Shown here: positions 1 through 12,640 of the stretch, piece after piece
How the letters are laid out: every line of letters starts with the position of its first letter
Position numbering within the stretch: position 1 is the stretch's first letter
NCBI GenBank assembly: GCA_004764695.1
Contig: SMSO01000006.1
Span: 263,859 to 327,858 of the forward strand
Reading direction: 5' to 3'
Length of the DNA: 64,000 nucleotides
From: Schizochytrium sp. TIO01
Taxonomy: Eukaryota; Protista; Bigyra: Labyrinthulomycetes
Position numbers and translations under genes: made by a program
The notes under the pieces: model-generated
Database searches by the model: none
Told to the model about the DNA's origin: nothing
What the model saw: the letters and a program-made list of their open reading frames with translations, nothing else

Positions 1-51
1 GCAGACAGACCATCATGGCCACCCATCATCCCTCCTTCGAGGCCTGTTAAG

Positions 52-52
<1 letters not shown>

Positions 53-92
<40 letters not shown>
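53..92. repeat. (GATA)10 microsatellite
   Basis: Perfect tetranucleotide run read directly. Confidence 0.95.
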
Positions 93-2091
93 CATTGAAA
101 GGAGTTTTCTCCATTGTCCATATTGGTGTAGTAAGGAGTAAGATCCCCTCTTTCTTTCTTTCTTTCCTTCTTTTCCTTTTCCTTTTATTTAACAGTTGTT
201 TCAATCAGATCGTATAAAAATGCATTTTTTTAAATATTATTTTCATTTTGCCATTAGCATTCATGATTACAACAGCAAATACTTGCAAAAGAATATGCAG
301 ACGGTGATGAATGATGGCGGCAGCGAATGCTTAGAATGGAAAGAAGCGGAGAGGGCTCGAAATCAGGGCTCCTCGATCGTAAGAAAGTTAAAGAGAAGAG
401 CGCAGACAGCAGATCTCTTGAAAAATGCGCGAATGCGAAGGGATGGATGGATGGATGGATGGGTGGATGGGTGGATGGGTGGATCAAGGAGAAAGAAGCT
501 ACTTACTTGGGCAGAAACGAGGAGCTAAGAAGATGTGGAGATGATGGGAATCGTCGCCGAAGCGAAGTAAATTTCGCCAGAACAGGAATGAGTGAGAAGA
601 AGGGGTAACGTAACCGCGGATCATGCTTTGGACTGAATGCGCTCACTCCAGGTACGTGGATTAGTGAAAGATGAAAGAAAGAAAGGGAAGCTGAGGCTGT
701 TTCGAATTGTTTTTGGTTTTGTTTTAAAGAGAAAAAGAACAATATTTTCACCTCAGTTCCTTCAAAACGTTTCGTTTGATTTAGTTTTATTTTATTTTAA
801 GATAAAATGTTTTTAATAATAATAATTATTATTATTATTATTATAAAATGAGTAAATTTGGTTTGCAGTGTCATTCATTCTTTCTCTTAGGGTCAAGACT
901 TCGATCGCTCGTTCACGGCAGTTTGGAGATTGAAGTTCAACGAGGTTTTGGTTTTGACTGATCTTCAAGATCCTGAGGGTACCGACGGCTACGCTCAAAA
1001 GGCACGCGGAGACAGACGCTGCCAACCTACATACCCGCTCAGCAGCTGCCCGCGTGGATGGATAGATAGATGAATGGGCGCATTTTTGGGGAATGACTGG
1101 TGTGATGGCAAGTCCTTCATTGATCGATTTGAGCCATTCGACGTGCAGATGATTGTAGGTCCTACCTACGTACCAATATATTATGGTAATTTTATTTATC
1201 AATAAAACACAGAAACTTACGACAGACGATTGTTGCGAAATTTACATAAATGTGCTGCGCGATCTTGAACCGCGGCTTCAAGAACCTGCAGAACCAGCAC
1301 GCCTCGCCTCCGCCAAGCAACGAGTCGCAGCTTCGATTGCGCCAGATAAATGAAGGCCGCAGCTCTGGTTCTTTTGAAGTAAGGCATACAAATTCTTCGC
1401 ATGCCTGCCTTTCTTCACAAGCTCGAGCTGTACCATTCGAAAGTGGTCTGCATATGGAATACATTCACACGCATGAATGCATTTGCTTTAAAATAAATAC
1501 ATGCATGCACGTCAGCATGTAACCAGGCGCCTAGCTCTTCATTCTTTGTCTCCAGAGAAGTAGGTCCTACGGCTCCAAAAACCGTGGCCCTGCATCTGAC
1601 GAGATCAAGGCATCTATAGACTCGTAGCGGGAGTTTGAATGGTCTTCGAAGCGGAGATAGGACGTGAGAGCGCGGGTTCCCTTTGATTTTGGTGGGCAGT
1701 GAATTTGCTTTCGATAGTAAACTTGGATGACTGTGATCGAAGCGAATTGAAGCGATGCATTCATTGCGGAAGATGATTGCTCGACTCGCAAAAGAAATCG
1801 CAAGGGAGCTCTTCACTCCATCCTCCTTTGGTTGATCTTCATGTGCGTGTCTGCCTTCGAAGTCAAGAACCGCCTCTACAGATATTATATTGAATTCGCG
1901 ATCAGCCGAGATTTAGGAACTCTCAAGAATTGTCCATGAACGTATTAGAGTCTTGCATCGCGAACGAATCTTCAAGCGCACACTCACTGTCCAGCGAGAA
2001 TGGCTCCCAAGCTCAAACTCACTCCCTCCCTGGAGCGAGGCCCGCTTTCCTGCTATCGTGGTTTCATCGCAAATACTGTGTCCAACCAAGC

Positions 2092-2152
2092 GCATCGCCA
2101 TCGCCATCGCCACTGTCATCGCCATCGCCATCGCCATCGCCATCGCCATCGC
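2092..2152. repeat. (CATCGC)n hexanucleotide microsatellite, one interrupted unit
   Basis: Read directly; explains the SP/AI/HR low-complexity ORFs here. Confidence 0.9.
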
Positions 2153-3500
2153 ATTGGCATTGGCATTTGCTGTACCCAAGCTGTTCTGGTCTTGAATTCA
2201 AATTCCGTGGTTCCCTGTGCAGCTAGCTAGGTAATACACTAGGAAGTTATTTAATCCTAAAGTTTTGAAATTCGAGTTTTTGAATTTACTCAAAATCCAA
2301 ATCCAAATTCAAATTCAGACTTACCAACAGACACGCAAAGCCCCAAAAGTAGTTCACCGACCGGTCGATCGATGGCACGGAGCGAGCAAGCAGGCCTGCA
2401 GGCCGGCCGGCACGCCACTCAATCCGCCACAGACAGCTGCCAACTTGGTCCTTGACGCAGCTTCCGCAACCTCGAGCTTCAGCCAGAAAGCTCTTCCACA
2501 AGAACCCTCAGAGGGAGGCAGCTCCAGCGGCGGAGGAGGATCCGCACCGCCAAGATGGCCGTGGAGATCGATATATACCTCTGGACAAGGAAACCTTCGG
2601 GCTTGCCGGAGCGGAAACCGCTGCGGCCTGGCTGGCGTCCTCGCGCTTCTCTGCACGCCCACGCGGGGGCTCGATCGAAAACCAGCGAGGTATCTGCAAG
2701 CAGCGAGGTATCTGCAAGGAGCGAGCTGCGAGGCTCCTCGACGTCTTCACTTCATTCAAGCTCAGTCGATCGGCCCGTCAATGACAACCAGCCGCTGCGT
2801 CCGAGGGTGCGGAGGTCTGCCGTGAAAACCACCCATTCCATTCGAAACCCAAGCGCAAGCTCAATCAAGCAAGCTCAATCAAGCTCGACTTGGGCTCCGA
2901 GCTCGAGCTCCACTTGGGCCCGAGTTCAAGTACAATTCGCACTTCAAGCCTCAGCAAACGGCCTGCTCAGGTAGACAGACGACAGATTCCAGACAGGTTC
3001 GGATCCACCACGAAATCCACGTTTCCGTGACATTTCATGATTCCGCGACGCAATTGATGCGGTGGCGCCAGCGAAGGCGGGGAGGGAGGACGGCGGGCGG
3101 ACTGGCCTGATGATGAAGACTCGGCGCCGATCGGTCTTTCATGATTTGTGGACCGTGGGCGGTGAATCGAAAGTCGAGAGTCGAGAATCTAGAGCCTCTT
3201 CACGCTGCTTTCTCTCGCTCTTTTGAGAGCCTTTGCGCATTCACGGAAACAGCGATAGGCTGGGATCCTCTGGAGCTCAACTCTAGAGGAAGATAGGCTC
3301 TCTTCATTCGAAGAGGTTGCGTGCGCGGGAATTGGAGCAGAAACGGCTTCAAGCCTCGAGCAGGCGCGAGCGAGCGGGGGTGTTTGCGCTGCTCGGGTTG
3401 CGCTAGGCTGGTGGTCCTGACGGCGAGGTGAGCGTTGTTTGTGCACCCGACGAGCAGTTGATCCTTGTAATTGGGCTTCTTCTTCACTGGCTGATCACGA

Positions 3501-3660
3501 TTTTTTTACTTTGTTTTTTGTTTTAACTTATTTGAGCTTTTTTTTTCTTTTTTCTTTTTTCTTTTTTCTTTTTTCTTTTTTCTTTTTTCTTTTTTCTTTT
3601 TTCTTTTTTCTTTTTTACTTTTTTACTTTTTTACTTTTTTATTTTTTTAAAAAAGAAAAA
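3501..3660. repeat. T-rich low-complexity tract (T-runs punctuated by C)
   Basis: Read directly. Confidence 0.9.
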
Positions 3661-6244
3661 TACTAGCTGACCTTTTTTTCTTTTTAAAGGTGGTAGTACA
3701 ATGGGTTAACTCTGGCTCTACAAGCGGCAATGGCTCTGTTTTCCAAACAATCAAAGTTCAAAGTTTAGGATACATTTTGTTTTTATAATTAATTTATTTT
3801 ATCATATTTCATTTCAATTTTTTCATTGAAAAATCACTTTTAGCTTGAAAGCAAATAACACAAATTGAAGACATAAATCATGAGACTCTTTCATGGCAGA
3901 GGCGAGAAAAGCACTGGCGGTGGCGTGACGGAGGAAGAGGGACGATGGATGGACGACCAACCAACCAACCAACCAACGAACCGGCCAACTCGAGGCAAGC
4001 AACCACAAGAACGCCAGGCCCCGCCAGCTCGATCCAGCGGCCGAGGGCGCCAAAACAACGGCGAGAGCCACCCCTCCCTTCGATCTCCTCAAGTTCTCCT
4101 CCCCAGTCCTCATTGCCAATACCTTGAGTTCTACAGTTCGATAACCAGCTTCGTTTCTCCTCTGCTCAGTCAGCTCTTCCCTCCAAACAGAGCGCCTGAA
4201 AGAAAGCTGCGTCGTAGCAACAGCAAAGGCAGTGAACGAACGTAGCACACGCGAAGGACTGACTGACTACCTGCTACAGCTAGCGAAGTGAAGAGAAGCG
4301 GCGCGTGGCAACGGCTCAATAATTGGGTGGCTACCACCGAAGAAACTTCTTCGACTTGACTGACTGACGGAATGGTCACAAAGGGACACGCCAACGAGTG
4401 AACGGGAGCCATGATCGTCCAACAAGTGCGCTGAAGGTGAAGATCAGGCCCACGCCAATCGTTGGTTGCGCACCTCGTGCTTGAACTTGATTCAGCCCGG
4501 AATTGGCTGCTTCGAGCACAGGCCAAGAAATTGCACTTGAGAGCGCCTTCAAGTTGAATGAACTTCGGCAAAGCCGGCAGCATGACCAGCCAGAGTTTGC
4601 TGGGGATGTGCGGCACGTTTTACACAGGAGCAGTTGCTGCTCTTTAGGTTGGCTCTTCTCGTACCTGGGAAGCGCGTACTTGGAGGGATCAATGGAAAAG
4701 AGCCTGCGTACCACAGAAAGTTAAACAGGAGCGACGACTCACGCTTAGATAACTTAACTTAGTAAGGATTTGGGAGCGGAAACTGTAGAAATGGGTGGTT
4801 CTGTCTCTCTGTGAGGTAAGCCTCAGATAACCACTTGTACCTATGGAGGTGTTGAGGTCTTTCATGACAAGTAAGGGCCAGTGGTTCTGATTATGCTACA
4901 AGTGTATGAGGTTATATGGCTGAATTGAAAGTTGTCCTTACGTTTATTAGTTATTGTAATAAACGTCTCTAGAGAAGTGAAAATCAAAGAATCGAACACT
5001 GACCACGGAGGAAGAAACCAGAAGAAAAACGTGTGGTCAGCACTACAGTGAAGCAAGCACCAACGATATTGCTGATAGGTAGTAGCACTCGCCGTGTGGA
5101 TGTAGGGTCTTTCAAAAGCTATCGAAGAGAATACTTTGCACCAGGAGGCATACACAACTCACTCTGCCCCTCTCTCCCACAACTATTCACCCGCTCAATT
5201 GAGTTAGCACGATGCGCGAAGACACTCAAGAAGGGCAACATTCTACCAGTCGAGACACTAGCCCTCGCTTGCAAGCTTCTGGCCCTTTCATCAAACTTTT
5301 GTGGAAGGGAAATCGCGCCAACGACGCAATAGATGGTATTGAGTACAATCACCAGCAGAGAAACTAGACCCCTGATAAGGTGGCAACAACTGAGCACCCA
5401 CCAGCAACCCCAGATATATCAATTCACGAGGAGCAACTCAACGGGAAGCGAACGCGTTAATTTCGCAAGTATGAATCTCCAGGTCAATAATTAAGTCTGC
5501 AAATTCAGTGCTTGGGATCGTGACATCATCTTCACCGCTAGGTTTGCGTCGGAGATGCACGGGTCCACGAAGTTACGATTGAGTTATTGACTACAACACA
5601 AAGCAAATCGGCTTCCCTAGAGGACGCTCTCTTCTGCAACGGTTTAGTGAAGTTACCAATCTTTTTACGAAGTCAAAACAATCGCTCAGCCCCTCTGATT
5701 ACTATAGGGGGTTAGGAAGACTAGTTTTGTGTTTAACATTCTTCAGTGCGATATCTAGTGACCTTCCGAGCAGCGTGTACAAAAGAGCCGCTAAGCACAA
5801 GTTATTTCCCTCTATCCATACTCATATCTGATTATCTGTCCCTTCGGTAGTTAGGTAGGTAGGCAACAATCAACTAGGATCACCTTTGACCTAGAAAATG
5901 ACGTTGTAGCGCCTTTTGAGATATACACTTTATTTGTTTCAAGCTCAGTTTGAGTGCATCATTCGACCATGTTATCATTCGACCATGTTAGGTTCAAGCT
6001 ACACGGAGTCGGTGCTCGCTGGTATTTCACTCTAATCTAGAGTGACAAAGCAGTACGCAAGGTAGAAACTCCAAACCAAATGTCAACGAGAAACCAAGGA
6101 CCCATTATAGGAAGACAGAACATGAGATTTGGTTATACATGTTAAGGGGGTAGTGAGATAAAGAAAAGAAAGGAACAGGCATGTTTTTTTTTTTAATGTT
6201 TTGCAAGAACGTGACTTGTTTTACTGTGATTTGTTTTCATTCAT

Positions 6245-7432
6245 TCAGAGGATAATTACACGAGAAGGATCAGTGCATCCGAGCTGACCCAGGACGCCAC
6301 CAATGGATTTAGGCCGAAGGGTTTTGGAACCCGTGAGGTGGTGCACAAAACCAGGAGGACCGCAAACCACAATCTTGGCATGCGGGTCCAAGAGGGTAGC
6401 CCCAAGCTGGTCTGCAAGCATATCTGCAGACATTCGGCCAACGCCTTGATCCCATTTTGCTGGGACCTCGCGCGTTAGAGTCCGAAAAACAGTCAGCTCC
6501 TCAGGGTATTCCGCAACGAGGCGGTCGAGCTCGCGAATGTAAAACATGTCTTCCATAGTCTTGTCGCTTGAGAGAATCTTGATACGGGGACGCGATACGA
6601 TGGGTACCTCGGCACATTCCTCCACAACCTCCTCAACCAGCGTTGCGGAGTCATTTTCAGAGCTTCCGGAAGGAGACTCCTTCGAGGACTTTGCAGCTTC
6701 GGCAACAGGTGCAACATCGAGAGAGGGGTCATGCTGGAGCATTGTGCGAACCAACTGAATACCGGCTGTGAGACCTGACCCAGCCGACAAAACTACAATC
6801 GTACTGCACGCATGCGGGTTGACCTTGGCGTGAACTCGTGGCTGAGCGTGAAGCGAAACTTCTACAAATTCACCCTGTTTTCGAGCGGCCAGGTAGCGAC
6901 CGGTGTCCCCATCAGGGTACGGGTATGTCTTGACAATAATGTCCATATGTCCTTTGCGGTCAAGAGGTTGCAGCGGGATGTAGGACCTCAACAAGCGCTT
7001 TCCAAATGCGTACGACTCGTCAACATCAAAGCTGAGTGCACGAACATTCACAATATCCCCAAACTCGTACGGATACTGCTTAGTGCCCTCTGGCAGTTTG
7101 AACCTCACAATTCGCGTGTGCAAACCCAGCGGCTTGTTGCGAAGGATCTCCAGCTTTACAAACGGCTCGCCTGCCAGTGCTGCCACACGCTCTGCCGCCT
7201 CCAGCCGCCGCTGCTTAGGTGCTTCGTCGTTCTCGAGCTCGCGCTGCTCGAATGAAGCGCCATTTTCGGTGCTGGCGTTTTCATTCGAGATCCGGGGCTC
7301 AGAAGGGGTAAACTCGCACTTTGCGTCTCGTCGCAAACCGTTTCCGAACCGCTCTTGTGCAGAAAGCACCCCGGCCGTGGCCAAAGCGGTCAGCACCGCC
7401 ATGGCTCTTGGCCGCGCCCAGGCCGGTGTCAT
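6245..7432 (-). CDS. NAD(P)H:cytochrome b5 reductase-like flavoprotein (FNR superfamily, FAD- and NAD(P)-binding domains), possibly organelle-targeted
   Basis: 395-aa ATG ORF with family motifs in the correct order: RxY (LLRSYIPL), IIVKTYPYPDGDTGRYL, SAGSGLTAGIQ (cf. AGGTGITPMLQ), SDKTMEDMFYIRELD, TLTR...W...GR, VCGPPGF, GGVLGQLG. Hydrophobic N-terminal segment. Confidence 0.88.
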   Translation of the reverse strand: MTPAWARPRAMAVLTALATAGVLSAQERFGNGLRRDAKCEFTPSEPRISNENASTENGASFEQRELENDEAPKQRRLEAAERVAALAGEPFVKLEILRNKPLGLHTRIVRFKLPEGTKQYPYEFGDIVNVRALSFDVDESYAFGKRLLRSYIPLQPLDRKGHMDIIVKTYPYPDGDTGRYLAARKQGEFVEVSLHAQPRVHAKVNPHACSTIVVLSAGSGLTAGIQLVRTMLQHDPSLDVAPVAEAAKSSKESPSGSSENDSATLVEEVVEECAEVPIVSRPRIKILSSDKTMEDMFYIRELDRLVAEYPEELTVFRTLTREVPAKWDQGVGRMSADMLADQLGATLLDPHAKIVVCGPPGFVHHLTGSKTLRPKSIGGVLGQLGCTDPSRVIIL

Positions 7433-10400
7433 GGTCGCTCTACACTCAAAGTTTGGGGCTGAGAGGCTAGCGATATATGTCTGGCGCCGCTCAGCTCAAG
7501 CAGTAGGGCCTTGTCTCGTCGGGCAGGAACGCCACTGCAGGATCAGAACTGCGTTTGGTTAAAGATATGTATGTCTGTTGTTTGCTTGGGTTTGCTTATT
7601 GTTGTATAAGTAGTTGGTAGAAGGAGCTCACTACTAAAAGCTCGTACTCGGGGCCGCTGAGCAATAGGACGTGCTAAACGACTCCTATGGCGACGAGTCC
7701 AGTGTCGAGAATGCGGTTAAGATGGGGCCAATTTTATAAATTATTGAGCTCCGCTTACGCTAATTTGGAGGACAAAGAACGTAGATCAGTGCTGCGAAGG
7801 AACTTTGACGGGCTGTCAAGAGAAGAACAAAATCTTGAAAGACTAGACAAGTAAGAATTGTGCTAGAAAGAGGGAAGCGTGCTTTGATGGTTGCGGATGA
7901 CCTCGTAAGAGTGTGAATGAACCTTTGAAGTACTAATGCAAACAATAACTTTCGTGTGGTTGTGAGGGTATTTATTTGTGGTGAATTTGATGTATAAAAA
8001 TTGAATAGGGAAACCGTGTTGGCAGAATGGCTGGACACCTGCTAGCTCGCTGCTCTGTGAAATTAGAAGACTCATTACAAAATACAAGAAACCCCTTCTT
8101 TAAGGCATGCAAAGTTGCCGTGTATCCGTACAAAGTAAGAATTATAGTATCATTGTCCTCGCTATCTATGAAGTAGCCATACTTTGATCTAGAAAATAAA
8201 CCCCAAAGGGAAATGTAATCCCTGTTAATTTATGAAAAGTGAAAGACTAATGCCCAGACAGTTCCTGAGTGGTTAGACTCTTACATAGATCTTTGATATG
8301 AGCGTTAGCTACACTCTATCAGATCCTTATGGGCATGACCCAAACACATGTCAGGCTTTGGCAGCCATCAGTAAAAGAGCATATGCATTTCCTCCATGTA
8401 ACTTAGCCTCCTTAGGCTTACAATATATTGTCCAAGGCTCTTGCTTTACAATATCTAAAAGCTCGTTCGACCCATATACTTAATAACCATGCATTCCTCC
8501 AATACTCGCCTCCCTAGACTCTGGAGGATTGACACCTAGTTCAAAAACCTCCACATGCCCTTCTCCCATTCATCATCTGTTTTTTACGCTTTATCCAGAA
8601 GAATCATTTTTTTTAATTTTAAGATTTATATGTCAAGAGCGCGCAACAAGAAAAGAACCAATTCTCATTACCTTGTTTAGAAGGGTCAAACTATGGAGCT
8701 CGTGTTCATTTTTTGCGACCGCGTAGACGAAGGATAGACATTCATGGAAATTCGGAGTGGATGTAGTGCATAAAACGTAATGCAATCGTGACAAAACTAC
8801 TGCAAAACATGGCGCAATGGAAGCTCTACAGTAGTCGAGTTGACGACCCATTTGAGCCAAAAGTATTCGGGTTTTAACATAATGACTATGAGTTGAGGAC
8901 ATAACTTGAGTTATGGACAAACCTGCGTAAGCCCAGATATGATGATATACATATAAATATATATACATAGAGCAGCAATAGAACCTGAAAAATGGTTATT
9001 GATACCCATGTATATAAACGCATGTTGCTTAGTTTTCTTACACAACCTCTGTTGCCAAAGAAGATAACCTGTTTGGAGCAATTAAGATTTTGCTGTATGC
9101 AGAACTAAAAGTTCTTTGGAAAAGGTAACTCAATAATGAATTAAATGCAGAGTTATTTAAGTTGCAACAGACTTGATCTGCTCTAGTTCCTGATTTTCTC
9201 AAATTTTGCTGGCATCAATATTTCAATTCTGCTAATGGTATTCTCTTTTGGTATTCCTACTCCTTCAAAATTGTTTACTCATGTAACATGGTGTATGAGC
9301 TCTAGTCCGTGAGGTTGAGAAATAGTTTCAGTTGCGTGTGCGATGGTTAGGTTTGTAGGGCGCTCTTTAGTCCCATTAAAGGCATAAATGTAAAGTCCAG
9401 TCTTGTCAGAGCTAGATAGATGACCTGTCATAGGTTTGTGTGGCCTCGTTTCTGCGTCTGTTTTGCCTTTGTTGAGTCAGCGAGCGCGGTGGTGGCATGA
9501 TGCAAGATCCATTTGAACAACACTGTTGTACACGCGCTCACGAAAAGGGGCTCTTCGAAGGGACATAGTTTTCCAGCAATAATAAGGAAAGCTCCTCGAA
9601 TTCTTCAGGTCATAGCAAAAATACTTCCTCTCATGGATTTTCTCATAAGGATAACCGTAACTGACGAGGATATCGGAGACGCTTGGCTAGTTCCTTTGAA
9701 TTCGAGCCATTCTTTACCTGAGGTATGTGGCGATCATTACGATGCAGTCAGTAGTTTGATTAGCGAGATGCACAGCCATATGGTTACTTTAAATATTCTA
9801 AAACTTAAAGCTTCTTTGATGTTTTTAAAACGAGACAACCCACGTAATACCATTTACAAAAAAAAAACGAACTTGACCTCCAATCGGACCACAAACACTT
9901 GTCAAGGCTCTACTGCTTTTGGGTTGAGACCACCCAACGCTTCGCTCAGACTGGCTGGAGACGGGGTCTCCAGATCATACTCGTCAATTCAAGTCTTCCA
10001 GCTTGGTTGATACAGTATGACGTGCCAATTTAATCACCTTTAAGACCTTTGCGAACAATTATTGAGGCGTGATTTTTCTCAAGCTCAACAAATCTATTCA
10101 GAAAAGCAGCGATATTCGGTGACCGGAATTAGGCATCAACACTTTCGTATCAACCAGCTGATACTTTGAATTGAGGACGAAGCTGGTGCACATTGGGCAA
10201 ACGTTTTATTAACTCACGGTATTAGCTAAGTTCGAATCGAAACTGTTCACATTCAGTATTTAACATTATAGATCATCAAGCAACTCTAACGATGGCGAGA
10301 AATTTTGACTTGAAAACAGTATCTTCAGATGCTGCAAACAGTCCAACAATCTTCATTAGTCGCTAATACCCTACCCCGAACATAAAACACGAGTGAAGAA

Positions 10401-11378
10401 TTTCAACATATCGTGTGGCATGGACTCATCGGTACGACTCGCTGCAGCTTTACCTTGCTGAATCTACACTGGACAAAGAATTGACATTGATAAGGAAATT
10501 GCGGACTTTCTCAGAACTACAGAAGAAACTTAGTATTCGACAATTAGAAAAATAAAAAAAGAAAGGAAAGTGAGGAGATAGGATGACTTCGAGATCAAGG
10601 CGATCTTCCAGCCAGCAAAGGAAAGAGAATAACAGCAGAACCCTCTGCTGAAAGGTGATACTGATTAGCTTGAGGTTGGGTGTAAAGATGAAGGCTTTAA
10701 GAAGGAAAATTTACGAGTTAGCGAACTGCTGTCCTGGAGAATGAATTCCAGGACAGATGGATTCATGTAGTAATTAGGGAGATTAAGACATCTTGAATGT
10801 GGTTAGAGATAATCGATGGGGTTAGGTTAATCCAACTTCTCCAACCATCGATTCAAGTTACATCATGCTTGGTAAGTAATGTGTATTCACACTGCTAGTT
10901 CTTGGCTTCGGTAGCCACATGAGCCTGGCTGCCTATTCTTGCTCTATTGTAAACCCTATTTCTACTGGGTTTTACAAAGGGACACCAAAAACTCTAGCAA
11001 TGTCTTGTCTACTAGTTCCTTCGAATGGAGATCTCAGCACCCTCTTCACAGCCGAGATGTTTCAAATTCGGGTCTATCTGATGATAGATCTAACAGCGAA
11101 GCAGCAACTAGAACTAAGCGAGAGAAACTTTACTTATAAAGCTGCTTCCTTTAAATGTTGGCAACGTGCATTTCTTTAAGCTAATGTTGTTGGTGTTTGA
11201 TGAAGCAAGCCCAATGTCATGTGTCAGCTTGTACTGACTGACCAGCTTATATGCTTGAAAGAAGACGAAGAGTAAATTGCAATGGACTTGCCTTTCTTTG
11301 TAATCAAGTATTCTTAAGTCTTGCCCAAATCTTTTTCAAAGCATTGAAGAGTACAGACTCTTTTCAGTGTGTTGCTGC

Positions 11379-12640
11379 TCACTTTTCATAGAAGGTTCTC
11401 TGGATTGGAAGCTCTCTCCGAATCAGACAGTCTAGTTGCCCTTGAATATAGGGCGTGTGTTTTGGCGGACTCTGTAGCCACTGCAGCATCTCGCAGGACG
11501 AAATTCGATGAGTTCGGATAATGCTCGTATTGAACAGAGTGTTTGAAAGATTTAGTTCTTTGTCCAGGAAATCGAGCACAGCTTAGTTAACATTTAATAC
11601 AAACAGACTCTTTTAATGTATGCTACCCCAGCTTGAGTTTTTTTAAAGTAGTTTTGGGTTCAGGTCCCTACTTGTCAGAGGAGTTAATATAAGAAGAATC
11701 GTGCTTCTAATTCCCTTAGTTTCACATATAGCCAAGTTTCACAACCCTTTCCATGTGTTGGACCAGGCTACTCAAGTCCTCTAGTTTCGCAAAGCTTTAT
11801 CTTCGGACTTAGTTGGGGCGTACTTCTCAGTGGCGCAGCTCCTCATTGTGCAAGGCTTATAGCAGTGAAATTTAGCACTTGGAATCACTGCATGGGCAAC
11901 GCTGAGGTTATTTACAGTCGACAGATTAACGCTACAAAGCTTAATTCTACCTGTGTAGCTCTATATCCTGTCTCAATTTTGGGTTGTACCATACATACAC
12001 TCCGCCTAAATCAGCTCAGTATGCCAGAGAAAGTCTCTATCAATTTGAAACATACAAAGAATCTCAGAAAAACAAAATACAGATAGGAAGCCTATGAGTA
12101 CTTCTTGGATTTGCGAAAAGATGCATCGTTTAGACACAGAAGTAGGGACTTTCTCTTTTCTTAAGATTCTAAGGAGAACAATGTACACGCAGGACACTTC
12201 TACAAGCCAATCTGAATTTTGCGAGGACGCATAGAATATAGTGATTCCAGATCTTGTGAAAAAAGTATTTGACAAGACACAGTGTCAAACACTTATGCAA
12301 AATACACAACGCAGGTAAGAAACCAAACGTAGCAAATGTATTCTGTGCTGTGCGAATTGTAAACGTAATACTGAGCACTCTTTTCGTAAACCGAGGTAGA
12401 CAGCCCAGACATGTTTAGGATGTATGACTTCACCAGCATATACTATTGTCTTTGCAATGTTTCCATGATGAGGTGTTGGTTTCTGCAATCGACATTGCAA
12501 CGCAACACTTCAATTGCATCATTTCTCAAAGCAAGCCAACAAAAGCCAAAAAGATCTTCATCAAAATCGAAAGATTTCAAACTGCGTAAGATGATCAGTA
12601 GCCACAAAAGTTGACATGTTTGTAAGAGTGAGATTTGTCG
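11379..12640 (-). pseudogene. Possible decayed coding sequence with ankyrin-like fragments
   Basis: Minus-strand fragments in different frames (CWLALRNDAIEVLR, HLLRLVSYLR, ATFGFLPALCILH, CEMLQWL, GQLDCL) separated by stops or frameshifts. Resemblance judged by eye only. Confidence 0.2.

Noticed and set aside
1900-3000. Overlapping 80-186-aa ORFs in a GC-rich island
   Set aside because: Open in many frames because of GC content and simple repeats; no domains or codon bias like the real genes.
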